Assembly (NCBI GenBank): GCA_964505425.1
Contig: CAZDHX010000006.1
Span: 700 to 64,699, forward strand
Direction of reading: 5' to 3'
Length of the DNA stretch: 64,000 bases
Origin: an uncultured Dehalococcoidales bacterium
GTDB lineage: Bacteria; Chloroflexota; Dehalococcoidia; Dehalococcoidales; BS750m-G39
Part shown: one piece after another, positions 56,832-64,000 of the stretch
Numbering within the stretch: position 1 is the stretch's first letter
Layout of the letters: each line of letters starts with the position of its first letter
Program-made: the position numbers and the translations under genes
The notes under the pieces: model-generated
Databases searched by the model: none
Seen by the model: only the letters and a program-made list of their open reading frames with translations
Told to the model about the DNA's origin: nothing

Positions 56832-57170
56832 TTACTCTTCCTCCTCAGCAACGATAACTGTTATATGGCTGGAACGCCTGAGGACGGGGTTTACCCGCCC
56901 CCGCGTCCCGGGCCGATACCGCTTAAGGGTTCTTCCCTCATCAGCAAAGATTTTGACAATTTTCAGCTCGGAGGGGGTGAGCTGAAAATTGTTCTCGGCG
57001 TTAGCCGCCGCTGCCTTCACCACCTTAGCCACCACCTTAGCCGTGGGGGTAGGGGTAAACTTAAGTAAGGTGAGCGCCTCGTCTATCTTCTTTCCCCGCA
57101 CCAAGTCTATCACCGGCCGCACCTTGCGCGGCGATATGCCGGTCTCTTTAGTTACTGCCTTCACTTCCAT
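56832..57170 (-). CDS. rplV: 50S ribosomal protein L22
   Basis: 112 aa. ISPRKVRPVIDLVRGK motif. Confidence 0.95.
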   Translation of the reverse strand: MEVKAVTKETGISPRKVRPVIDLVRGKKIDEALTLLKFTPTPTAKVVAKVVKAAAANAENNFQLTPSELKIVKIFADEGRTLKRYRPGTRGRVNPVLRRSSHITVIVAEEEE

Positions 57171-57185
57171 TTCCGCCTTACTTCC

Positions 57186-57476
57186 TTAGGTAGTAGTAGT
57201 GGTAGTAGTTTTCTCACTCTTGGTCATGTGTCCCCTGAAGGTCCGCGTTGCGGCGAACTCGCCCAGCTTGTGCCCGACCATATTTTCGGTGATATAGATT
57301 GGCACATGCCTCCGGCCATCATGGACGCCGATGGTGAACCCCACCATCTCGGGCACGATGGTAGACCAGCGCGACCAGGTCTTGATTACCGTCTTCTCAC
57401 CGGAGCGGCTCATTCTCTCAACCTTCTTTAGTAGTTTGGCGTCAACGGCTGGACCCTTCTTAATTGAGCGTGACAT
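57186..57476 (-). CDS. rpsS: 30S ribosomal protein S19 with poly-Thr C-terminus
   Basis: N-terminus MSRSIKKGP, motif [16 protein letters not shown]. Ends [11 protein letters not shown]. Confidence 0.95.
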   Translation of the reverse strand: MSRSIKKGPAVDAKLLKKVERMSRSGEKTVIKTWSRWSTIVPEMVGFTIGVHDGRRHVPIYITENMVGHKLGEFAATRTFRGHMTKSEKTTTTTTT

Positions 57477-58303
57477 TACTTCCCTCTCCGTTTGACAATC
57501 AACTTATCTGAAGCCTTGGGCTTGCGCGTCTTATAGCCCATGGCTGGCTTACCCCAGGGCGTCTTCGGTCCGGGCAAGCCTATCGGGGCTCTACCTTCCC
57601 CACCACCGTGGGGATGGTCACGCGGGGTCATCGCTGTGCCCCTCACCGTGGGGCGCACCCCCAAGTGCCGCTTTCTACCTGCCTTGCCCAGGCTGATACT
57701 GCGATGGTCAACATTCCCTATCTGCCCGATAGTAGCCAGACAATCGCCGCGGATACGCCGCAACTCGCCGGAGGGTAACCTGACCAGGGCATATTTGCCC
57801 TCCTTGGCCATTAGCTGGGCGGCGGTTCCAGCGCTTCGCGCCAGTTGCCCGCCTCCCCCTGCCTCCAGCTCGATATTGTGTATCAGCGTCCCGGTTGGGA
57901 TTAGCTTTAAGGGCAGGGCATTGCCCGGTTTAACTTCGGCGTCAGTGCCTGATTTTATGGCATCGCCAACCTTAAGCTCGGAGGGGGCGAGAATGTATCT
58001 CTTCTCCCCATCGGCATAGTTAATCAGGGCGATGCGGGCAGAGCGGTTGGGGTCGTATTCAATTGAGACCACCTTGCCCGGGATACCAGGCTTATCACGC
58101 TTAAAGTCCAGTATGCGTAGCCGGCGTTTTGACCCGCCACCGCGGTGACGGACGGTTACCTTCCCCTGAGCGTTGCGCCCCGCCTTCTTCTTCAAGGGTC
58201 GGACTAGTGATTTCTCCGGCTTGGTTTTGGTTATTTCCTCAAAGGTGGCGCCGGTCATGCCCCGTCTACCCGGGGAGGTGGGGCGATATCCCTTTAATGG
58301 CAT
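57476..58303 (-). CDS. rplB: 50S ribosomal protein L2
   Basis: 275 aa with motifs [16 protein letters not shown] and [13 protein letters not shown]. Confidence 0.95.
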   Translation of the reverse strand: MPLKGYRPTSPGRRGMTGATFEEITKTKPEKSLVRPLKKKAGRNAQGKVTVRHRGGGSKRRLRILDFKRDKPGIPGKVVSIEYDPNRSARIALINYADGEKRYILAPSELKVGDAIKSGTDAEVKPGNALPLKLIPTGTLIHNIELEAGGGGQLARSAGTAAQLMAKEGKYALVRLPSGELRRIRGDCLATIGQIGNVDHRSISLGKAGRKRHLGVRPTVRGTAMTPRDHPHGGGEGRAPIGLPGPKTPWGKPAMGYKTRKPKASDKLIVKRRGK

Positions 58304-58588
58304 TTAGACCCCCTCCACAATTTCTATTTTGTCCCCCGGCTTAAGGGTAACGACCGCCTTCTTCCACGCTGGGCTTATGACCACTCTCCCCCGCGTCCTC
58401 CGCCCCTTGCCCGGCACTGTTATCACATTAACCTGTGTTACCGTGACATTAAAAGCCTTTTGCACTGCCTGTTTAACCTGCTCTTTATTGGCCTCTCCAG
58501 CGACCTCAAAGGCATACTTGCCCTGAGCCTGGAGGGCGGCGTTCTTCTCCGTTACCAGGGGGCGGCGCAATACCTCATACAGATGCAT
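58304..58588 (-). CDS. rplW: 50S ribosomal protein L23
   Basis: Start at ATG 58588 (MHLYEVLRRPLVTEK), 94 aa. The longer ORF-track version overlaps rplD. Confidence 0.9.
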   Translation of the reverse strand: MHLYEVLRRPLVTEKNAALQAQGKYAFEVAGEANKEQVKQAVQKAFNVTVTQVNVITVPGKGRRTRGRVVISPAWKKAVVTLKPGDKIEIVEGV

Positions 58589-59213
58589 TTTTTTCTCCCC
58601 ATAGTTCCTCTGCCTTGCGCACCCCCGCCTCGGTAATAAGCAACCTCTTGCAGGAGAGGACGTCAGCCACATTGAGTATATTGGCGGGCAGGGTCTTAAC
58701 CCCTGCCATATTACGAGCCGACTTAACTACGTTTCCCTCCGGCTTACCGGTAACGATAAGGGCTGAGGAATCCACCCCCAGCGCCGCCAGAATCGTCGCC
58801 ATCTCTTTGGTCTTGGGCTGCTTAAGCTCCAGCTTTTCCAGAACCATTAGCTCCTTATCCCTTGTCTTAGCTGATAGGGCGCACCTCAGTGCCAGTTGCC
58901 TCATCTTCTTCAGCGTTTCCTGTCGGTAGTTTCTTGGCTTGGGACCGAAGATGACGCCGCCACCCCGGCGCGTTGGCGACTTCTTGCTGCCAGCCCGGGC
59001 CAGCCCGGTATGCTTCTGCCGGAATAGCTTTCTACTGCTGCCGGCGACCTCACCGCGAGTTTTGGTGCTGGCTGTTCCCTGGCGGGCGTTTGCCTTTTGT
59101 GCTACCACCGCCTGATGCACCACTGCCTCATTAAAGGGCACGGCAAAGACGTGGTCGCTTACCTCAATTTGTTTAACCACCTCGCCGCTAAGGCTATAGA
59201 CCGGGACTTGCAC
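58575..59213 (-). CDS. rplD: 50S ribosomal protein L4
   Basis: 212 aa. Conserved position between rplC and rplW. RQGTASTKTRGEV motif. Confidence 0.95.
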   Translation of the reverse strand: MQVPVYSLSGEVVKQIEVSDHVFAVPFNEAVVHQAVVAQKANARQGTASTKTRGEVAGSSRKLFRQKHTGLARAGSKKSPTRRGGGVIFGPKPRNYRQETLKKMRQLALRCALSAKTRDKELMVLEKLELKQPKTKEMATILAALGVDSSALIVTGKPEGNVVKSARNMAGVKTLPANILNVADVLSCKRLLITEAGVRKAEELWGEKNASV

Positions 59214-59214
59214 C

Positions 59215-59802
59215 TTATTTCCTCCCCACCGCTTTTCTTATCAGCAGGAGTCCATTCCTTGCCCCGGGAACAGCTCCCTTGACCAGCAACAGGTTACGCT
59301 CCGGGTCAGCCTTACGTACCTCCAGGTTACGAGCCGTCACCCGGCTATTGCCCATATGCCCTGCCATCCGCATCCCCTTGAGCACCCTGCCCGGGGAGGT
59401 AGTGGCGCCGATAGAACCGGGGGCGCGGTGGCGGTCGGACTGCCCGTGGGTCTTCGGCCCGCCGGCAAAATGGTGACGTTTCACCACCCCGGCAAAGCCC
59501 TTCCCCTTTGACACCCCGCTGATATCAACCAGGTCGCCTTCTTTAAAAAGGCTAACATCAATCTTATCTCCTACTTTAATCGCTTCAGGGTCAGCCACCC
59601 TGAATTCTCGTAGGTATTTAGACTGCCCCTTCTTGGCTTCACCGAAGCCGAGTCGGGCAGCGTTATATCCTTCCTTAGCTTTGGTCTTAACCTGAGTTAT
59701 AATGCATGGGCCAGCCTCAATGGCGGTAACTGACTCAACCCCGCCATCTTCCCTGAATATCCGCTCCATGCCCACCTTTTTGCCAATAATTCCTTGAACC
59801 AT
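59215..59802 (-). CDS. rplC: 50S ribosomal protein L3
   Basis: 195 aa. N-terminus MVQGIIGKKVGM and motif KGKGFAGVVKRH. Confidence 0.95.
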   Translation of the reverse strand: MVQGIIGKKVGMERIFREDGGVESVTAIEAGPCIITQVKTKAKEGYNAARLGFGEAKKGQSKYLREFRVADPEAIKVGDKIDVSLFKEGDLVDISGVSKGKGFAGVVKRHHFAGGPKTHGQSDRHRAPGSIGATTSPGRVLKGMRMAGHMGNSRVTARNLEVRKADPERNLLLVKGAVPGARNGLLLIRKAVGRK

Positions 59803-59813
59803 ATCCTTAGACC

Positions 59814-60122
59814 TTATAGCTTGATGTCTATCTCAACCCCCGCCGGTAGATTCAAGCTGCCCAGGGCGTCTATCGTCTTGGACGTGGTCTCAACGATATC
59901 AATCAGACGCTTATGGGTCCTAATCTCAAACTGCTCCTGCGAGTCCTTGTCAATGAACGGGGAGCGGATAACGCTGAACCTCTTGATGCGCGTTGGCAAG
60001 GGCACCGGTCCAACAACCACCGCCCCAGTCCGCTCCACGGCAGCGACAATCTGCTCCGCAGACTGGTCAAGAATCTTGTGGTCGTAACCCTTTAGCTTAA
60101 TCCGAATTTTCTGCTTCGGCAT
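59814..60122 (-). CDS. rpsJ: 30S ribosomal protein S10
   Basis: 102 aa. [17 protein letters not shown] motif. Confidence 0.95.
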   Translation of the reverse strand: MPKQKIRIKLKGYDHKILDQSAEQIVAAVERTGAVVVGPVPLPTRIKRFSVIRSPFIDKDSQEQFEIRTHKRLIDIVETTSKTIDALGSLNLPAGVEIDIKL

Positions 60123-60132
60123 ATAAAAACCT

Positions 60133-62211
60133 CTATCTAACCGTGGTCTTACCCATTATTTCGTCTGCCAGCTCGGCAGATACCTCCTGATAACGATAAA
60201 ATTCCAGGGTATGAGTTGCCCTACCCTGGGTTAGTGACCTGAGACTGGTGGTGTAGCCGAAGGTCCTGGCTAAGGGTACCAGCACGCGAATAACCACCAT
60301 TTCGTGGCGGGTGTCGATAGACTCAACATGTCCCCGCCTTGAATTCAGGTCACCCATTATATCACCAAGAAACTGCTCTGGTGCAACTATTTCCAGCCTC
60401 ATAATCGGCTCAAGAAGGATGGGCTTAGCCTTCGTCACGCCGTCCCGTAGCGCCATCGAAGCCGCCATCTTGAAGGCCATCTCCGAGGAGTCAACCTCGT
60501 GGTAGCTGCCGTCATAGATGGTCGCCCTGATGTCAACTACGGGATAGCCAGCCATTACGCCGGTCTCCATGGCTTCTTTAATGCCCATCTCCGCTGCCGG
60601 GATATATTCCTTGGGGATAGTCGCCCCTTTAATGCGGTCAACAAATTCAAAGCCGCTGCCCCGCTCCATAGGCTCAAGCCGGAGCCAGACGTGGCCGTAC
60701 TGCCCCCGCCCCCCGCTCTGCCGGATGAACCTCCCCTCCGCTGTCACCGGGGTGGTAATGGTCTCCTTATAGGCCACCTTGGGCCTCCCCACCTTTGCCC
60801 CGACGCCGAATTCAGTGAACAGTCTGTCTATCAGATACTCCAGGTGAAGCTCGCCCATCCCCGAGATAATTGTCTGCCCCGCCTCCTGGTCGTAGTTTAC
60901 CTTGAAGGTGGGGTCTTCCTCGGTCAGGCGCTTCAGGGCTATCCCAAGTCTGTCCTGGTCAGCCCTGCTTGTGGGTTCAACGGCGACTGAGAGCACCGGC
61001 TCCGGGAAGCGGATTGCTTCCAGAAGCACCGGCTGGGAATAATGGCACAGGGTATCGCCGGTGAAGGTATCCTTGAGACCTAGAGTAGCCACTATATCCC
61101 CGGTCTCAGCCTCAGTTATCTCCTCGCGGTGGTTGGCGTGCATCCGCAGTAACCTTCCAATTCTCTCCCTCTTGCCCCGGGTGGTGTTAAGTACCTGCGC
61201 TCCTACCTTCACCTTGCCGGAATAAACCCTGAAATAGACCAGCCTGCCGACAAAGGGGTCGGGGACCGCCTTGAAGGCGAGGGCGGAGAAGGGGGCGTCG
61301 TCTTTCGGTGGGCGGGTGACTTCGCCGCCGGCTCTGGTATCAATAGCCCTTACTGGCGGCATATCCGCCGGCGAGGGAAGATAAGCTACGATGGCATCAA
61401 GTAGCGGCTGGATACCCTTGTTCTTCAGGGCACTGCCGCAGAGAATGGGTACCCCCTTTGCCGCCCGGGTTACCCTGATTATCGCCCCTTTTAGCTCAGC
61501 GGGGGTAACTGGACTCCCCGTGAGGTAGGCTTCCATAATCTGGTCATCAGTCTCCGACAGCCTCTCAATAAGCATATGGCGAAACTGCTCGCAGCGCTCC
61601 TTTTCTGATTCAGGAATGGGCGTTTCAACCGGTGGCGAGTCAGCTTTATTGTCAAACTGCCATGCCTTGTTCTCCACAAGGTCAATAATGCCGGCAAACG
61701 TCTCTTCGCTGCCCAGGGGTAGTTGCACGGGCAGGAGATTGGCGTGTAGCCGGTCTTTAACCATAGACAGGGTGCGCTCAAAGTTGGCGCCAACCCGGTC
61801 CATCTTATTGATGAAGCAGATTCTAGATACGTTGTATCTATCCGCCTGCCGCCATACCGTCTCCGACTGGGCTTCAACCCCAGCCACGGCGTCAAAGACC
61901 ACCACCCCGCCATCCAGCACGCGGAGGCTCCGCTCCACCTCGGCGGTAAAATCAACATGCCCCGGGGTGTCAATGATATTGATGCGGTGCTCCTGCCAGT
62001 AGCAGGTAGTAGCGGCGGCGGTGATGGTAATGCCGCGCCTCTTCTCCTCGTCCATCCAGTCCATCACTGCCGTGCCCTCGTCCACCTCGCCAATCTTATA
62101 GGTCCTGCCGGTATAATAGAGGACCCTTTCGGTAGTGGTGGTCTTACCGGCATCAATATGGGCGATAATGGCAATATTACGCACATGTTCTAATGGGAAA
62201 CTTCTGGGCAC
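60133..62211 (-). CDS. fusA: elongation factor G
   Basis: GTG start at 62211 preceded by GGAGG, 692 aa. G1 motif [21 protein letters not shown]. The ORF-track N-terminal extension overlaps rpsG. Confidence 0.95.
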   Translation of the reverse strand: MPRSFPLEHVRNIAIIAHIDAGKTTTTERVLYYTGRTYKIGEVDEGTAVMDWMDEEKRRGITITAAATTCYWQEHRINIIDTPGHVDFTAEVERSLRVLDGGVVVFDAVAGVEAQSETVWRQADRYNVSRICFINKMDRVGANFERTLSMVKDRLHANLLPVQLPLGSEETFAGIIDLVENKAWQFDNKADSPPVETPIPESEKERCEQFRHMLIERLSETDDQIMEAYLTGSPVTPAELKGAIIRVTRAAKGVPILCGSALKNKGIQPLLDAIVAYLPSPADMPPVRAIDTRAGGEVTRPPKDDAPFSALAFKAVPDPFVGRLVYFRVYSGKVKVGAQVLNTTRGKRERIGRLLRMHANHREEITEAETGDIVATLGLKDTFTGDTLCHYSQPVLLEAIRFPEPVLSVAVEPTSRADQDRLGIALKRLTEEDPTFKVNYDQEAGQTIISGMGELHLEYLIDRLFTEFGVGAKVGRPKVAYKETITTPVTAEGRFIRQSGGRGQYGHVWLRLEPMERGSGFEFVDRIKGATIPKEYIPAAEMGIKEAMETGVMAGYPVVDIRATIYDGSYHEVDSSEMAFKMAASMALRDGVTKAKPILLEPIMRLEIVAPEQFLGDIMGDLNSRRGHVESIDTRHEMVVIRVLVPLARTFGYTTSLRSLTQGRATHTLEFYRYQEVSAELADEIMGKTTVR

Positions 62212-62221
62212 AGTCCCCTCC

Positions 62222-62692
62222 TCACCATCGGTAGTGGGCGAAGGCTCTATTTGCCTCCGCCATCTTGTGAGTGTCCTCACGCTTCTTTATCGTTGTCCCT
62301 TGCCCCTGGAAGGCATCACTAAGTTCCGCCGCCAGCTTTTCCGCCATGGATTTGCCTGCCCTGGAGCGGGCTGAATTTACCAGCCAGCGCAGGGCCAGGG
62401 ACCGCCCCCGCTCCGGTCTAACCTCTACTGGCACCTGATAGGTGGCGCCCCCAACGCGGCGTGGCTTGACCTCAAGCTGAGGGGTAGCATTCCTTAACGC
62501 CTGCTCCAAAAAGATGGCTGGCTCTTTTGCCCCTTGCTTCTCAATAATGCCCATGGCACCATAGACTATTCTCTCCGCCAAGCTCTTCTTGCCCCGGGTC
62601 ATTATCTTGTTAATCAAGCCGGCGACGATTTCACTGTCGTATTTGGCATCAGTAGGAATCTGTCTTGTTGTTGCGCGCGCTCGTCTTGGCAT
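62222..62692 (-). CDS. rpsG: 30S ribosomal protein S7
   Basis: 156 aa. N-terminus MPRRARAT and C-terminus ..[10 protein letters not shown]. Confidence 0.95.
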   Translation of the reverse strand: MPRRARATTRQIPTDAKYDSEIVAGLINKIMTRGKKSLAERIVYGAMGIIEKQGAKEPAIFLEQALRNATPQLEVKPRRVGGATYQVPVEVRPERGRSLALRWLVNSARSRAGKSMAEKLAAELSDAFQGQGTTIKKREDTHKMAEANRAFAHYRW

Positions 62693-62702
62693 TTTTTATC
62701 TC

Positions 62703-63239
62703 TTATGTTTCAGCTTTTTCGGTAGTTTCAGCCTCTGGGGCTGCCTCAGCCGCCGGTGCCGCCTCAGCTGCTGGAGCTGCTTCGGCTTCTGGAGCTGCTC
62801 CACCTACGGGAGCAGCCACCATCGGTTGACCACCCTTTTTGCTTCCGTATTTACTTCGCCCCTGGCGGCGGTTGACCACCCCGGTGGTATCCAGCGCGCC
62901 GCGGACGATATGGTAGCGGACGCCAGGCAGGTCCTTCACCCTTCCGCCCCTGATTAAGACCACCGAGTGTTCCTGAAGCTCATGCCCCTCGCCGGGGATA
63001 TAAGCGGTTACCTCAATGCCACTGGTCAGCCTCACCCTGGCTATCTTGCGCAGTGCCGAATTCGGCTTCTTGGGGGTGGTAGTCTTAACTTGGACACAGA
63101 CCCCCCTCTTCTGCGGGGAGCTTCTCCCCGGCACAAGCCTGTTCTTGAGCGCATTGTAGCTAAGGTGCAGTGCTGGTGCTTTGGTCTTCTTGAGCACCCC
63201 CTTGCGCCCTTTCCGTATAAGCTGATTAACCGTAGGCAA
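62703..63239 (-). CDS. rpsL: 30S ribosomal protein S12 with internal insertion and ~43-aa Ala/Glu/Pro-rich C-terminal extension
   Basis: TTG start with AGGAGG 5 nt upstream. [23 protein letters not shown]. The core ends near ..RSKYGSKK and is followed by ..[31 protein letters not shown]. Confidence 0.95.
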   Translation of the reverse strand: MPTVNQLIRKGRKGVLKKTKAPALHLSYNALKNRLVPGRSSPQKRGVCVQVKTTTPKKPNSALRKIARVRLTSGIEVTAYIPGEGHELQEHSVVLIRGGRVKDLPGVRYHIVRGALDTTGVVNRRQGRSKYGSKKGGQPMVAAPVGGAAPEAEAAPAAEAAPAAEAAPEAETTEKAET

Positions 63240-63341
63240 CTCTTCCTCCTTGCCCCCTACAATTTTAAATGGATGAGCTTTGGCTCATCCATTTAAGGCT
63301 GATAACCACCAGCCAAACTACTGACTGAGCGTTAGGCTGTA

Positions 63342-63370
63342 ATATTAGCACACTAATAGCTAGATGTCAA
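63342..63370 (-). promoter_or_regulatory. promoter TTGACA-17-TAATAT for the rpsL ribosomal super-operon
   Basis: Minus strand: TTGACA (63370..63365), 17-nt spacer, TAATAT (63347..63342). Confidence 0.55.
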
Positions 63371-63390
63371 CAAATCTGGTCTAAAAATGC

Positions 63391-63419
63391 TTGACAAAGC
63401 GCTGAAAGTAGGCTATACT
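63391..63419 (+). promoter_or_regulatory. promoter TTGACA-17-TATACT for the 23S rRNA gene
   Basis: TTGACA at 63391..63396, 17-nt spacer, TATACT at 63414..63419. Divergent from the rpsL promoter, with the -35 boxes 20 bp apart. Confidence 0.6.
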
Positions 63420-63478
63420 CTACCTGCATGAAGCATTTGGAGACATGAATCGGGTAACTTGGTGACGTATGCCAGGCA

Positions 63479-63511
63479 GCGGCTTGGTGACTTTCACCAA
63501 GCCGCCTTTTT
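63479..63511 (+). terminator. terminator-like (boxB-like?) hairpin followed by T5 in the 23S leader
   Basis: GCGGCTTGGTGA-ctt-TCACCAAGCCGC (12 bp) followed by CTTTTTGTG. Confidence 0.4.
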
Positions 63512-63521
63512 GTGTCCTGTA

Positions 63522-63532
63522 CTTTAACAATT
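63522..63532 (+). promoter_or_regulatory. boxA-like antitermination element
   Basis: CTTTAACAATT matches the rrn boxA core (GCTCTTTAACAA) and lies 33 nt upstream of the mature 23S 5' end. Confidence 0.55.
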
Positions 63533-63564
63533 GAATACTGAGGACTAATATCAAATCTGAAGCA

Positions 63565-64000
63565 GGTCAAGCGGAATAAGGCACACGGTGGATGCCTTGG
63601 CATCAAGGGCCGAAGAAGGGCGTGGCAAGGCTGCGATAAGCCTCGGCGAGCTGTCGAGCAAGCCTAGCCGGGGATTCCCGAATGGGGCAACCCGTCCTTC
63701 CTAAAGAAGGACACCCCCAGCTGAACACATAGGCTGGGGGAGGTAAGCGGGGGAAGTGAAACATCTCAGTACCCCGAGGAAAGGATAATTATTCCCTGAG
63801 TAGTGGCGAACGAAAGGGGACATAGCCTAAACCCTATAGGCTCAGTGGCTCTGGGGCCTATGCTTATAGGGGGTTGTAAGGCAGGCATGACCCAGCCCGG
63901 AATGGGTCAAAGGAGTTACAAACCCAACCCTAGTTGAAGGTCTCTGGAAAGGGCAACCATAGAGGGTGAGAGTCCCGTAAGTGAAAGGGGTAGGCTCCTC
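63565..64000 (+). rRNA. rrl: 23S ribosomal RNA, 5' part (continues beyond the window)
   Basis: GGTCAAGCGGAATAAGGCACACGGTGGATGCCTTGGC... matches the universally conserved 23S 5' domain (GGTTAAGCG..ACGGTGGATGCCTTGGC). Confidence 0.9.

Noticed and set aside
62212-62280. N-terminal extensions in the ORF track: fusA 62212..62280, infA 48372..48512, rplW 58589..58672, rpsD 47029..47067, S14 53800..53823, 2Fe-2S subunit 17965..18036, symporter 8135..8152
   Set aside because: The extensions overlap the preceding gene and lack homology-like sequence. Internal starts with an SD give canonical N-termini and lengths.
63367-63606. 79-aa minus-strand ORF across the rpsL/23S intergenic region
   Set aside because: It spans two promoters, the rRNA leader and the first 40 nt of the 23S rRNA. 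It has no SD and an implausible composition.
1-64000. Search for mobile elements, prophage, toxin-antitoxin pairs, restriction-modification or other defence systems
   Set aside because: No ORF resembles an integrase, transposase, nuclease/methylase pair or typical defence ATPase. The tRNA cluster is not flanked by direct repeats or foreign-looking genes.

Overview
The window is almost entirely core metabolism and translation. I found no integrase, transposase, CRISPR array or recognisable defence island. Gene order (fusA directly followed by rpsJ with no tuf, and a 23S rRNA gene with its own promoter and no 16S upstream) suggests a Chloroflexota/Dehalococcoidia-like genome; this is inference only. 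Left to right: M50 protease fragment, secreted hydrolase, cobalamin lower-ligand genes cobT-cobS-cobU (minus), ccdA/tlpA, a solute symporter plus cytoplasmic molybdopterin oxidoreductase cluster, and a secreted FN3/BNR lipoprotein. Next comes a long minus-strand operon combining a Liv-type ABC transporter with a xanthine-dehydrogenase-family enzyme, then an MFS and an ABC-2 exporter. A 9-gene shikimate/aro operon ending in trpBA follows, then a trpEGDCF + DAHP synthase operon behind a Trp T-box, and three tRNAs. A ~20 kb rpsL-to-rpsI ribosomal super-operon follows, then the 5' end of a 23S rRNA. The most interesting signals are regulatory and non-coding. (1) A leader-peptide attenuator upstream of the aro operon; the leader peptide contains the run W-F-F-S-Y-Y-F and the RNA has explicit terminator/antiterminator alternatives. 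(2) A 77-nt twin-hairpin intercistronic element present twice, with compensatory base changes. (3) A 47-codon membrane sORF with a perfect SD inside the alpha ribosomal operon. (4) Low-complexity tails on ribosomal proteins S12, S17 and S19. (5) A terminator-like hairpin upstream of boxA in the 23S leader. All coordinates were derived by hand from the sequence. No database search was run.
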